From the NCBI RefSeq assembly GCF_024502345.1, contig NZ_JALDNN010000001.1: 64,000 nucleotides of DNA. The stretch is one strand, 5' to 3'. The translations under genes and the position numbers were made by a program. Source of the stretch: Escherichia coli. Its GTDB lineage: Bacteria > Pseudomonadota > Gammaproteobacteria > Enterobacterales > Enterobacteriaceae. The notes below the pieces were generated by a model, which was given only the letters and a program-made list of their open reading frames with translations, was not told where the DNA came from and did no database searches. Position 1 is the first letter of the stretch; every line of letters starts with the position of its first letter. Below are positions 27,762 through 41,390 of this stretch, in pieces.

Positions 27762-29423
27762 ATGAGTGATATAGCATTAACGGTCAGTATTCTGGCTTTG
27801 GTGGCAGTCGTCGGTTTGTTTATCGGCAACGTCAAATTTCGCGGCATAGGATTAGGTATTGGCGGCGTGCTGTTTGGTGGGATCATCGTCGGCCATTTTG
27901 TTTCTCAGGCGGGGATGACATTAAGTAGCGATATGCTGCATGTTATTCAGGAATTTGGCCTGATCCTGTTCGTTTATACCATCGGGATTCAGGTAGGGCC
28001 GGGCTTCTTTGCCTCATTGCGCGTCTCCGGATTACGCCTCAACCTGTTTGCTGTTCTGATCGTCATCATCGGTGGTCTGGTTACCGCCATCCTGCATAAA
28101 CTGTTTGATATTCCACTGCCGGTAGTGCTGGGGATTTTCTCCGGTGCGGTTACCAATACGCCAGCGCTGGGGGCAGGGCAGCAGATTTTGCGCGACCTGG
28201 GTACACCAATGGAAATGGTCGATCAGATGGGGATGAGTTACGCGATGGCGTATCCATTCGGCATTTGCGGGATTTTGTTCACCATGTGGATGTTGCGGGT
28301 TATTTTCCGCGTCAATGTCGAGACAGAAGCTCAGCAGCACGAGTCTTCACGCACCAATGGCGGCGCGCTGATCAAGACTATCAATATTCGCGTTGAGAAC
28401 CCTAACCTGCATGATTTAGCCATTAAAGATGTACCGATTCTCAACGGCGACAAAATTATCTGCTCGCGTCTGAAACGCGAAGAAACCCTAAAAGTTCCTT
28501 CGCCAGATACCATTATCCAACTGGGCGATTTGCTGCATCTGGTGGGGCAGCCAGCGGATTTACATAATGCGCAACTGGTGATTGGTCAGGAGGTCGATAC
28601 TTCGCTGTCCACGAAAGGCACTGATTTGCGCGTCGAGCGTGTGGTGGTCACCAATGAAAACGTGCTCGGAAAACGTATTCGCGACCTGCACTTTAAAGAA
28701 CGCTATGACGTTGTTATCTCGCGCCTGAACCGTGCCGGGGTCGAACTGGTCGCCAGTGGCGATATCAGCCTGCAGTTCGGCGATATCCTCAATCTGGTGG
28801 GGCGTCCGTCCGCAATTGATGCCGTTGCCAATGTGCTGGGGAATGCGCAGCAAAAACTGCAACAGGTTCAGATGCTGCCAGTGTTTATTGGCATCGGGCT
28901 TGGCGTATTGTTAGGTTCTATTCCCGTCTTTGTGCCAGGATTCCCGGCCGCGTTGAAACTGGGGCTGGCGGGCGGTCCGCTGATTATGGCGTTGATCCTC
29001 GGGCGTATCGGCAGTATCGGCAAGCTGTACTGGTTTATGCCGCCAAGTGCCAACCTCGCGCTGCGGGAGCTGGGGATCGTGCTGTTCCTCTCGGTCGTTG
29101 GTCTGAAATCTGGTGGGGATTTTGTAAATACCCTGGTCAATGGCGAAGGGCTAAGCTGGATTGGTTATGGAGCCCTGATCACCGCCGTTCCGCTGATTAC
29201 TGTTGGCATTCTGGCGCGGATGTTAGCCAAAATGAATTACCTGACCATGTGCGGGATGCTGGCAGGTTCCATGACCGATCCTCCGGCGCTGGCGTTTGCT
29301 AATAATCTTCATCCAACCAGCGGTGCGGCGGCGCTCTCTTACGCCACTGTCTATCCGTTAGTGATGTTCCTGCGCATTATCACCCCCCAATTACTGGCGG
29401 TGCTCTTCTGGAGTATCGGTTAA
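27762..29423 (+). CDS. yidE: putative AAE-family transporter YidE
   Basis: Membrane ORF with central TrkA-C-like domains; start at ATG 27762 ([11 protein letters not shown]...). Confidence 0.85.
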
Positions 29424-30136
29424 CTCTTTTCCGGGTGGAGTCGCCGTAAATGGTACTCCACCTGGTATTCGCTGGCATTTCTGAACATCACTGAATAATT
29501 CAAAAACTCCCCGCTCTCACTATATGACAACGAGGTGATCCGCAGCAGTGGCGTGTGTTCCGCTACCTTCATTTGCCGCGCCAGCAGTCTATCGGCGAGC
29601 ACCGGCGTCAGGCTTTCATAATTACCGCCAATCAAAATCCCACACTCTTGTTCAATATATTCAAACTTCGACCCTTCCAGATGTTGCAGCGAAAGGTTAC
29701 GGAACAGTTTTACCGGCATATAGCTGTCTTCCAGCATCAGCGGTTTCCCTTCCACAAAACGAACGCGACGGGAGAAGTAGATCTGCTCGTTGATTTGAAT
29801 CCGTAACTGGCTGGCAATGGCCGGAGGCGCAGGCATGATTTCAAAAATCAGCACCTGGCTGGTGACCGTTTTTCCCTGCCGTTTTAACACCTCCACCAGC
29901 CCGGTCAGGCTGGCGGTTTGATGCAGTACATCTTTACGCACCAGGTAAGTGCCGCTGCCGTGGCGGCGGACCACCAATCCCCACGCTACCAGCAGGTCAA
30001 TGGCTTTACGGATGGTCATCCGCGATACCGCAAATTCTTCCGCCAACTTTTTTTCACCGGGAAGAAGGCTATTTAGCGTGAAATCTGCGGAATTAAGTCG
30101 AATTCTTAACCGCTCCGCAATGCTTTTGTAGATCAT
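29420..30136 (-). CDS. yidP: GntR-family transcriptional regulator YidP
   Basis: Start at [13 protein letters not shown] (ATG 30134-30136); HTH plus UTRA-like C-terminus. Confidence 0.8.
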
Positions 30137-30431
30137 CTCTAGATCTCTTTTTTGCCTGCAAGCCCGGGTAATGCGCCCACAAGTTCTGCTTAATCGATTG
30201 AAAAAACATCTTTTTTTTAAACATGTGTTCGATGCTGTGTACCAGTGCTCACAGATGTCTACTTTTTCGCGAAAACGTAGATCTCTACCGCCCAACGAAA
30301 AGCATGAAAGCGATCACGAATCCCATTGGGTCGTCATGTTCTGCCGATCGCATCTTCCTATCCTCGCTCCAGGCCTGCCGCATAACCAATCAGGCTTCCT
30401 ACTTACAGAATTGAGAAAAGAGGATGTGGAA

Positions 30432-33752
<3,321 letters not shown>

Positions 33753-33918
33753 TTTAATATCCCTCCGGCGAATTATGCTCACAACCTGAACTTAACAGAA
33801 AACAATCCGTTCAGGGATACGACGTTTGTATTTTAAGAATCTGACTGCCTGACCCGACGCATTTTACCTCTCCCTATATTCATGCGTCCGGGACATAAAC
33901 ATAAATAAGGGCTATGAG

Positions 33919-35634
33919 ATGAATTCGTTACAAATCTTGAGTTTTGTCGGTTTTACGCTGCTGGTGGCGGTGATCACCTGGTGGAAGGTCCGCAAAACAG
34001 ATACCGGATCGCAACAAGGCTATTTTCTTGCCGGACGTTCACTAAAAGCGCCGGTTATTGCCGCTTCGTTAATGCTAACCAACCTTTCCACGGAACAACT
34101 GGTCGGCCTTTCCGGGCAGGCCTACAAAAGCGGCATGTCGGTGATGGGCTGGGAAGTGACTTCAGCGGTGACGCTGATCTTCCTCGCGCTAATCTTTTTA
34201 CCGCGCTATCTGAAGCGCGGCATTGCCACCATCCCCGATTTTCTGGAGGAACGTTATGATAAAACGACGCGTATTATCATCGACTTCTGCTTCCTCATTG
34301 CCACCGGCGTCTGCTTTCTGCCGATTGTTCTCTACTCCGGCGCGTTGGCGCTCAACAGCCTGTTTCACGTCGGGGAATCGCTACAGATTTCTCACGGTGC
34401 GGCTATCTGGCTACTGGTAATTTTGCTTGGTCTGGCGGGAATTTTGTATGCGGTGATCGGCGGACTGCGCGCAATGGTAGTGGCGGACTCCATCAACGGT
34501 ATTGGGCTGGTTATCGGCGGGTTGATGGTGCCGGTATTTGGCCTGATCGCGATGGGCAAGGGCAGCTTTATGCAGGGCATTGAGCAACTCACCACCGTTC
34601 ACGCCGAGAAATTAAACTCAATCGGTGGCCCGACCGATCCCTTGCCGATTGGCGCGGCATTTACCGGTTTGATTCTGGTGAACACCTTTTACTGGTGTAC
34701 AAATCAGGGCATCGTGCAACGCACGCTGGCGTCAAAAAGCCTGGCGGAAGGGCAAAAGGGGGCGCTGTTAACGGCGGTGCTGAAAATGCTCGACCCGCTG
34801 GTACTGGTGCTGCCAGGGTTGATTGCGTTTCATCTGTATCAGGATTTACCGAAAGCCGACATGGCCTACCCGACGCTGGTCAATAACGTTCTGCCAGTGC
34901 CAATGGTGGGTTTCTTCGGCGCGGTGTTATTTGGTGCGGTGATCAGTACCTTCAACGGCTTTCTGAATAGCGCCAGTACGTTATTCAGTATGGGTATTTA
35001 CCGTCGCATCATTAACCAGAATGCCGAGCCGCAGCAGCTGGTCACCGTCGGGCGCAAATTTGGTTTCTTTATCGCTATCGTTTCGGTGCTGGTCGCGCCG
35101 TGGATCGCCAACGCGCCGCAGGGGCTGTATAGCTGGATGAAACAGCTCAACGGCATTTACAACGTGCCGCTGGTTACCATCATCATTATGGGCTTTTTCT
35201 TCCCGCGCATCCCGGCGCTGGCGGCAAAAGTGGCGATGGGGATTGGCATAATCAGCTACATCACCATCAACTATCTGGTGAAGTTCGACTTCCATTTCCT
35301 CTATGTGCTGGCCTGTACGTTCTGCATCAACGTGGTCGTGATGCTGGTGATCGGTTTTATCAAACCGCGCGCCACGCCGTTCACCTTCAAAGATGCGTTT
35401 GCGGTGGACATGAAACCGTGGAGAAACGTCAAGATCGCGTCAATTGGCATCCTGTTCGCGATGATTGGCGTCTATGCCGGGCTGGCTGAATTCGGCGGCT
35501 ACGGTACGCGCTGGTTAGCGATGATCAGTTATTTCATTGCCGCCGTAGTGATTGTCTACCTGATTTTTGACAGCTGGCGGCATCGTCACGACCCAGCCGT
35601 AACCTTTACTCCCGACGCGAAGGATAGCCTATGA
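33919..35634 (+). CDS. yidK: sodium:solute symporter family transporter YidK
   Basis: 571-aa polytopic ORF, divergent from yidL. Confidence 0.85.
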   Translation: MNSLQILSFVGFTLLVAVITWWKVRKTDTGSQQGYFLAGRSLKAPVIAASLMLTNLSTEQLVGLSGQAYKSGMSVMGWEVTSAVTLIFLALIFLPRYLKRGIATIPDFLEERYDKTTRIIIDFCFLIATGVCFLPIVLYSGALALNSLFHVGESLQISHGAAIWLLVILLGLAGILYAVIGGLRAMVVADSINGIGLVIGGLMVPVFGLIAMGKGSFMQGIEQLTTVHAEKLNSIGGPTDPLPIGAAFTGLILVNTFYWCTNQGIVQRTLASKSLAEGQKGALLTAVLKMLDPLVLVLPGLIAFHLYQDLPKADMAYPTLVNNVLPVPMVGFFGAVLFGAVISTFNGFLNSASTLFSMGIYRRIINQNAEPQQLVTVGRKFGFFIAIVSVLVAPWIANAPQGLYSWMKQLNGIYNVPLVTIIIMGFFFPRIPALAAKVAMGIGIISYITINYLVKFDFHFLYVLACTFCINVVVMLVIGFIKPRATPFTFKDAFAVDMKPWRNVKIASIGILFAMIGVYAGLAEFGGYGTRWLAMISYFIAAVVIVYLIFDSWRHRHDPAVTFTPDAKDSL

Positions 35635-37124
35635 AACGCCCCAATTTTCTGTTCATCATGACCGATACCCAGGCCACCAATATGGTCGGTTGCTATAGCG
35701 GTAAACCGCTGAATACGCAAAATATTGATAGTCTGGCGGCGGAAGGTATTCGCTTTAATTCCGCCTACACCTGTTCACCGGTTTGTACGCCTGCACGCGC
35801 CGGACTATTTACCGGTATCTACGCTAACCAGTCCGGCCCGTGGACCAACAACGTCGCGCCAGGCAAAAACATCTCCACTATGGGGCGCTACTTTAAGGAT
35901 GCCGGCTATCACACCTGTTACATCGGCAAATGGCATCTCGACGGTCATGACTATTTCGGCACTGGCGAGTGTCCGCCGGAGTGGGACGCTGATTACTGGT
36001 TCGATGGGGCGAACTACCTTAGCGAACTGACGGAAAAAGAGATCAGCCTGTGGCGCAATGGCCTAAACAGCGTTGAGGATTTACAGGCGAACCATATCGA
36101 CGGAACCTTCACCTGGGCGCACCGCATCAGCAATCGGGCGGTAGATTTTCTGCAACAGCCCGCGCGCGCCGAGGAACCCTTCCTGATGGTGGTTTCGTAT
36201 GATGAGCCGCATCACCCGTTCACCTGTCCGGTGGAGTATTTAGAGAAATACGCTGATTTTTACTACGAGCTGGGCGAGAAAGCACAGGATGACCTGGCTA
36301 ACAAACCGGAACATCACCGCTTATGGGCGCAGGCGATGCCATCGCCAGTCGGTGATGGCGGGCTTTATCACCATCCGCTCTATTTTGCCTGCAATGACTT
36401 TGTTGATGACCAAATCGGACGGGTCATCAATGCCTTAACGCCAGAGCAACGTGAAAATACGTGGGTTATTTATACATCCGATCACGGCGAAATGATGGGC
36501 GCACATAAGCTGATCAGTAAAGGAGCGGCGATGTATGACGACATCACCCGCATTCCGCTGATCATCCGTTCGCCGCAAGGGGAGCGGCGACAGGTCGATA
36601 CGCCAGTCAGTCATATCGATTTACTGCCGACAATGATGGCGCTGGCAGATATTGAAAAACCAGAGATTCTGCCGGGGGAAAATATCCTTGCCGTGAAAGA
36701 GCCACGCGGCGTGATGGTGGAATTTAACCGCTACGAGATTGAGCATGACAGCTTTGGCGGTTTTATTCCGGTGCGTTGCTGGGTGACGGATGACTTTAAA
36801 CTGGTACTCAACCTCTTCACCAGTGATGAACTTTACGATCGCCGTAATGACCCAAATGAAATGCATAACCTGATCGATGATATCCGTTTTGCAGACGTTC
36901 GCAGCAAAATGCATGACGCCTTATTGGATTACATGGACAAAATTCGCGATCCGTTCCGCAGTTACCAATGGAGTCTGCGTCCGTGGCGTAAAGATGCACG
37001 GCCGCGCTGGATGGGGGCGTTTCGTCCACGCCCACAAGATGGCTATTCGCCAGTGGTACGCGACTATGACACCGGCCTACCGACGCAAGGAGTGAAGGTG
37101 GAGGAGAAAAAACAGAAATTCTGA
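35631..37124 (+). CDS. yidJ: putative sulfatase YidJ
   Basis: 497-aa ORF with sulfatase active-site signature CSPVCTPARAGLFTG. Confidence 0.85.
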   Translation: MKRPNFLFIMTDTQATNMVGCYSGKPLNTQNIDSLAAEGIRFNSAYTCSPVCTPARAGLFTGIYANQSGPWTNNVAPGKNISTMGRYFKDAGYHTCYIGKWHLDGHDYFGTGECPPEWDADYWFDGANYLSELTEKEISLWRNGLNSVEDLQANHIDGTFTWAHRISNRAVDFLQQPARAEEPFLMVVSYDEPHHPFTCPVEYLEKYADFYYELGEKAQDDLANKPEHHRLWAQAMPSPVGDGGLYHHPLYFACNDFVDDQIGRVINALTPEQRENTWVIYTSDHGEMMGAHKLISKGAAMYDDITRIPLIIRSPQGERRQVDTPVSHIDLLPTMMALADIEKPEILPGENILAVKEPRGVMVEFNRYEIEHDSFGGFIPVRCWVTDDFKLVLNLFTSDELYDRRNDPNEMHNLIDDIRFADVRSKMHDALLDYMDKIRDPFRSYQWSLRPWRKDARPRWMGAFRPRPQDGYSPVVRDYDTGLPTQGVKVEEKKQKF

Positions 37125-37170
37125 CGATAATGCCCGCTGATGATCACCCGGCGGGCATTATTCAGGCTGC

Positions 37171-37620
37171 TTAAACCAGCGAACCGCCGGTCAGGAAGGA
37201 AAAAATCAGGAATATCAGCAAAATGCTGCACACGATGCCGATACCAAAAAGCAAGGTATGAAAAGCCAGCGTCCCGCCGCCAAAAACCAGCGCGCCGCGA
37301 ATGCCCCAGCGATTTTCCTTACGCATACCGCCAATAAATGCGCAAAGTAGCGCAGCAATGGCCAGTGCGATACCGCTTTGATCGAGGATTTTATCGATAT
37401 CCATGTCCTCTTTTTTCTCCACAGTGGTAATTTTTTCGCCTTTTATTCCGGCGAGAAGACCTCTTTTAATTTCAGCCGTTTTGTCCGCCACGATGCTTTC
37501 AAGCGTTGGCGGTGGTGCGGAAAAAGGGCCGAATGAAAAGTGGATAATCCCCATCATTAAAGCGATGGCACCGAACAGCATGCCCAATGAACTGATTTTA
37601 TTTTGCGCTATGATACCCAT
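37171..37620 (-). CDS. yidI: inner membrane protein YidI
   Basis: 149-aa hydrophobic ORF; K-12 synteny. Confidence 0.8.
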   Translation of the reverse strand: MGIIAQNKISSLGMLFGAIALMMGIIHFSFGPFSAPPPTLESIVADKTAEIKRGLLAGIKGEKITTVEKKEDMDIDKILDQSGIALAIAALLCAFIGGMRKENRWGIRGALVFGGGTLAFHTLLFGIGIVCSILLIFLIFSFLTGGSLV

Positions 37621-37728
37621 CTGACCTCCTTGTAGCGGATGGCAAAAGCATATCAGGAAACGGGCGGACGAAATTCTTAAAAAAAACCGCTAAAGATAGA
37701 GCGTTAGTGAAATTGCAAAGGAGCAACA

Positions 37729-38076
37729 ATGAAAATTTCCCGCCTTGGAGAAGCGCCCGATTACCGCTTCTCGCTGGCTAATGAGCGTACTTTTCTGGCG
37801 TGGATCCGTACCGCACTAGGATTTCTGGCGGCGGGGGTTGGGCTTGATCAACTTGCGCCAGATTTCGCCACGCCCGTCATTCGTGAACTGCTGGCGTTGT
37901 TGTTGTGTCTGTTTTCCGGCGGGTTAGCAATGTATGGCTACCTGCGCTGGTTACGCAATGAAAAAGCGATGCGTCTGAAAGAGGACCTGCCCTACACCAA
38001 CAGCTTATTAATCATTAGCTTAATATTGATGGTCGTGGCGGTGATCGTTATGGGACTGGTGTTGTATGCCGGATAG
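37729..38076 (+). CDS. yidH: inner membrane protein YidH (DUF202)
   Basis: 115-aa membrane ORF. Confidence 0.8.
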   Translation: MKISRLGEAPDYRFSLANERTFLAWIRTALGFLAAGVGLDQLAPDFATPVIRELLALLLCLFSGGLAMYGYLRWLRNEKAMRLKEDLPYTNSLLIISLILMVVAVIVMGLVLYAG

Positions 38077-38428
38077 CCGCAAAGCCAGACGCATTGCCGA
38101 CCCAGGACTGCAGCCGGAGCGCACATCACTGGCGTGGTTTCGTACCATGCTGGGCTACGGCGCGTTGATGGCGTTGGCTATCAAACACAACTGGCACCAG
38201 GCGGGCATGTTATTCTGGATTTCGATTGGCATTCTCGCCATCGTGGCGCTGATCCTCTGGCACTACACCCGTAATCGCAATTTAATGGATGTCACGAATA
38301 GCGATTTTTCCCAATTTCACGTAGTCCGTGACAAATTTTTGATCTCCCTCGCGGTGTTATCTCTCGCAATACTGTTTGCTGTAACGCATATACATCAACT
38401 TATCGTATTTATTGAGAGAGTCGCATGA
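38066..38428 (+). CDS. yidG: inner membrane protein YidG (DUF202)
   Basis: 120-aa membrane ORF overlapping yidH stop. Confidence 0.8.
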   Translation: MPDSRKARRIADPGLQPERTSLAWFRTMLGYGALMALAIKHNWHQAGMLFWISIGILAIVALILWHYTRNRNLMDVTNSDFSQFHVVRDKFLISLAVLSLAILFAVTHIHQLIVFIERVA

Positions 38429-38922
38429 CAGGAAGTCAGGTCATTGATGCTGAAGAGGACAGGCATAAACTGGTTGTAGAGTACAAGGATGCTCTGCAAC
38501 CTGCCGATTTTTATCACAATTTCAAACAGCGGGGCATCCGCTCCGTACAGCTCATTCCCTATCTTGAATTTGATGACCGGGGCGATCTGACGGCCGCTTC
38601 GGTGACAGCAGAGCTGTGGGGGAAATTTTTAATTGCCCTGTTCGAGTGTTGGGTGCGGGCAGATATCAGTCGTATCTCGATTGAGCTTTTTGACGCCACC
38701 TTACAAAAATGGTGTGGCAGCGAAAACCCGCAACCGCGCCGTGACTGCCAGGCGTGCGACTGGCATCGCCTGTGCCCGCACGCTCGGCAGGAGACGCCAG
38801 ACAGCGTGCTTTGTGCGGGCTATCAGGCGTTTTATTCTTACTCCGCACCGCATATGCGGGTGATGCGTGATCTGATAAAGCAGCATCGTTCTCCCATGGA
38901 GCTGATGACGATGCTGCGGTGA
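38425..38922 (+). CDS. yidF: truncated sulfatase-maturating enzyme-like protein YidF
   Basis: 165-aa ORF with Cys-rich C-terminal motifs (CQACDWHRLCPH) but no CxxxCxxC radical-SAM motif. Confidence 0.7.
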   Translation: MTGSQVIDAEEDRHKLVVEYKDALQPADFYHNFKQRGIRSVQLIPYLEFDDRGDLTAASVTAELWGKFLIALFECWVRADISRISIELFDATLQKWCGSENPQPRRDCQACDWHRLCPHARQETPDSVLCAGYQAFYSYSAPHMRVMRDLIKQHRSPMELMTMLR

Positions 38923-38929
38923 CGTGCGC

Positions 38930-40114
38930 TTAAACGGGCTGCCCCTGATGCGACATCCGCGTCGCCAGCGGCAGCCAGCACAGCACGATCAACAATCCCA
39001 TTAAGGTCATCAATAACCCCAGGCTACCCTGACCGGTTTGCGGCAACATCGCAGAGAGCGACGCCAGCACGCCGGAACCAATGTTTTGCAGACCGCCGAC
39101 CAGCGCGCCAGCCGTGCCCGCCAGGAAGGGGAACGGCTCCATCGCGCCGCTGGTCGCCAGCGGAAACAGCATCCCGGCACCGAAAAAGAACAGCGCGGCG
39201 GGAACGAGCAGCGTCCAGACATTCATCACGCCAAACCAGTCGGGGATCCACATCAGCAAGCCAGCCAGCAGGCAGCAGATAACCGACTGCCACATTAACG
39301 TGGAGAAGCGTTTATTGGGACGTCCGGCAAACCATGCGCCAAAAAACGCTGCCGGAATCGGCAGAATAAACAAAATACTGACCGTCATACTGCTCAGCCC
39401 TAACACCGCGCCCATCAGCACGCCGGAGCAGGCTTCAAAGGCGGCAATCCCGGCCAGACCGCCAATCAGCATCAGCAAATAACAGTTAAAACCGCTGTTA
39501 CCGAAAAGCGTTTTATAACTGGTAAGCAGGCGCGTGCGCGGTGCATCGACAGGACGCGTTTCCGGCATCCAGCGGGCCATACTGAAGGTCACACCAGCAC
39601 AAAGAACCAACAAAAAGAGATAACAGGCGCGCCAGTTCCACATCGTATCCAGCAGACCGCCGATTAGCGGTGCGAGCAACGGACTGACGAGAATCCCCAT
39701 GTTTAACAGGCTGTTAGCATGGCGCAACTGTGTCCGTTCATATAAATCTCGCGGCAAAGTACGCGCCATTACGCCGCCAACGCCGGTGCCCATCCCCTGC
39801 ATCGCGCTGGCGGCAATCAACACCGTCAAACTGGAGGTCGTGACCGCGACCAGCGTTGCCAGCATAAAAATGGACATTCCGACGAGGATCACCGGTCGGC
39901 GACCCACACGGTCGGAAATCGGGCCATAAAACAGCTGTGAGACACCGTAAGTCAGCAGATAAGCGCCCATTACGCTCTGCACCGCCCCTTCACGGACGTT
40001 GAGATCGCGCGCCATATCGGCAATAGCTGGAATATAAATGGTTTGCGCCATCTGACCGACGGCCACGAGTAATACCAACATCAATAACAAATTGACGTTT
40101 CTATGCCTTTTCAT
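38930..40114 (-). CDS. emrD: MFS multidrug efflux transporter EmrD
   Basis: Start at MKRHRNVNLLLML (ATG 40112-40114). Confidence 0.9.
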   Translation of the reverse strand: MKRHRNVNLLLMLVLLVAVGQMAQTIYIPAIADMARDLNVREGAVQSVMGAYLLTYGVSQLFYGPISDRVGRRPVILVGMSIFMLATLVAVTTSSLTVLIAASAMQGMGTGVGGVMARTLPRDLYERTQLRHANSLLNMGILVSPLLAPLIGGLLDTMWNWRACYLFLLVLCAGVTFSMARWMPETRPVDAPRTRLLTSYKTLFGNSGFNCYLLMLIGGLAGIAAFEACSGVLMGAVLGLSSMTVSILFILPIPAAFFGAWFAGRPNKRFSTLMWQSVICCLLAGLLMWIPDWFGVMNVWTLLVPAALFFFGAGMLFPLATSGAMEPFPFLAGTAGALVGGLQNIGSGVLASLSAMLPQTGQGSLGLLMTLMGLLIVLCWLPLATRMSHQGQPV

Positions 40115-40274
40115 TATCACGGATGCTTTTATAAAAATAATTAGAATAAGTCACTACGCATTCCCATAAATGCGGGAGAGGAATCTATCACATTGATGAA
40201 TGCTAGCCAGATATGTGCCGGGAATGGCGAAAAGCAAAACGGCAGAATATGTAAACAAAAGCGGCAATAAATGT

Positions 40275-40420
40275 TGCCGGAAGGGATTACGTGCGAACTG
40301 TAACCCTCTCCCTGAAAGGGCGAGGGGGAAACCACCGTTCCCTTTCAGAAAATGAGCTAAACATTGCACGGGACGGTCCCCTCGCCCCTTTGGGGAGAGG
40401 GCTAGGGTGAGGGGCACAGG
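40275..40420. repeat. GC-rich inverted-repeat intergenic element (family unassigned)
   Basis: ccctctccctgaaagggcgaggggg (about 40305-40329) and its near reverse complement cccctcgcccctttggggagaggg (about 40377-40400) flank a roughly 50-bp spacer. Confidence 0.4.
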
Positions 40421-40477
40421 CAGCGCAGGTGCAAACATTCTGCTGGTAGAAGAAGCCCCCAACTCCAACCCGCACGC

Positions 40478-40510
40478 TAAATATAAAAGGGGAGCGGTTA
40501 CCCGCTCCCC
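40478..40510 (-). terminator. intrinsic terminator of tisAB transcript
   Basis: Hairpin ggggagcggttacccgctcccc with an adjacent T-rich run on the minus strand, just downstream of tisB stop. Confidence 0.55.
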
Positions 40511-40532
40511 TTTGGTGCGACTTGAATCTGAA

Positions 40533-40622
40533 TTACTTCAGGTATTTCAGAACAGCATCAAGCAGTTGCAGTGCTGCAACAATGAGTTTGAGGATAAGAA
40601 TGGCGATATCCACCAGGCTCAT
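40533..40622 (-). CDS. tisB: type I toxin TisB (29 aa, SOS-induced membrane peptide)
   Basis: Minus-strand translation MSLVDIAILILKLIVAALQLLDAVLKYLK then stop; below ORF track cut-off. Confidence 0.85.
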   Translation of the reverse strand: MSLVDIAILILKLIVAALQLLDAVLKYLK

Positions 40623-40724
40623 ACGCGTCTCCTGTGGTTCAGGAGCACTGCCAGCTGACGTACCTTTCCGCTGCCTGTTGCCAGCTGTTGTGCACGCGGT
40701 ATCTCAAGGAGAAACGTTGTGCTT

Positions 40725-40745
40725 GTTGACATAACACAGTGTGCT
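40725..40745 (-). promoter_or_regulatory. predicted IstR-1 pairing site in tisAB mRNA leader
   Basis: 21-nt stretch gttgacataacacagtgtgct is identical at 20 of 21 positions to the 5' end of istR-1 (40983-41003), so the minus-strand transcript is complementary to IstR-1; about 100 nt upstream of tisB start. Confidence 0.5.
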
Positions 40746-40856
40746 CACGCGGGGTTAAGGCGCTGACGGCACCACCCGTTTCAGCCAGGACTTAGTGCGC
40801 CGGGTAACGATGCGGCCCCCGCATAACACATTGCGTACAGTGATATTATAGAAGTT

Positions 40857-40876
40857 TGCTGTATAAATAAACAGTA
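40857..40876. promoter_or_regulatory. LexA box (SOS operator)
   Basis: tgctgtataaataaacagta matches the CTGT-N8-ACAG consensus; located between divergent tisAB and istR. Confidence 0.7.
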
Positions 40877-40982
40877 ATTTTTGGACAAAACGCAAACTGT
40901 GATCGATACTCAACTATGTACTAAATACGTCAAAATTCGTGCCGAAATTGCGCGTTCTGCGCGGAACAGGTATACTTTCAGT

Positions 40983-41057
40983 GTTGACATAATACAGTGT
41001 GCTTTGCGGTTACCAGCCGCAGGCGGCTGACGAAACCTCGCTCCGGCGGGGTTTTTT
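40983..41057 (+). ncRNA. istR: antitoxin sRNA IstR-1
   Basis: 75-nt unit ending in a T-run terminator (41052-41057), preceded by a tatact -10 at 40971-40976; divergent from tisB. Confidence 0.65.
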
Positions 41058-41186
41058 GTTACCTGCAATTCAGTGCAAAACGTGATCAACCCCTCAATTT
41101 TCCCTTGCTGAAAAATTTTCCATTGTCTCCCCTGTAAAGCTGTGCTTGTATAAATATTGTTAAACACAAAACCAACAAGGTCCCCA

Positions 41187-41285
41187 ATGACTACTTCCAT
41201 GTTCAACGCAAAACTACTACCAACTGCGCCATCCGCCGCAGTGGTCGTCGTGCGTGTGGTGGTGGTCGTCGGCAATGCGCCGTAG
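41187..41285 (+). CDS. ivbL: ilvB operon leader peptide (32 aa)
   Basis: Translation MTTSMFNAKLLPTAPSAAVVVVRVVVVVGNAP then stop; Val/Leu-rich regulatory run; below ORF track cut-off. Confidence 0.85.
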   Translation: MTTSMFNAKLLPTAPSAAVVVVRVVVVVGNAP

Positions 41286-41312
41286 GGACTGGAACAACAC
41301 ACGATTCCAAAA

Positions 41313-41342
41313 CCCCGCCGGCGCAAACCGGGCGGGGTTTTT
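41313..41342 (+). terminator. ilvBN attenuator terminator
   Basis: Hairpin ccccgccggcgcaaaccgggcgggg followed by T5, between ivbL and ilvB. Confidence 0.6.
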
Positions 41343-41390
41343 CGTTTAAGCACCTCCCGGAAAGTCGGCCCAGAAGAAAAGGACTGGAGC

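Noticed and set aside
30171-30431. N-terminal 87-codon extension of the track ORF for glvC (625 aa total)
   Set aside because: The extension runs through the divergent yidP promoter region and begins at a non-ATG codon; the transporter sequence proper starts at ATG 30432 (MLSQIQRFGG...).
40141-40475. Three overlapping minus-strand ORFs (64, 104, 62 aa) between emrD and tisB
   Set aside because: They coincide with the GC-rich inverted repeat; their Pro/Gly/Arg-rich translations reflect repeat sequence rather than protein coding.
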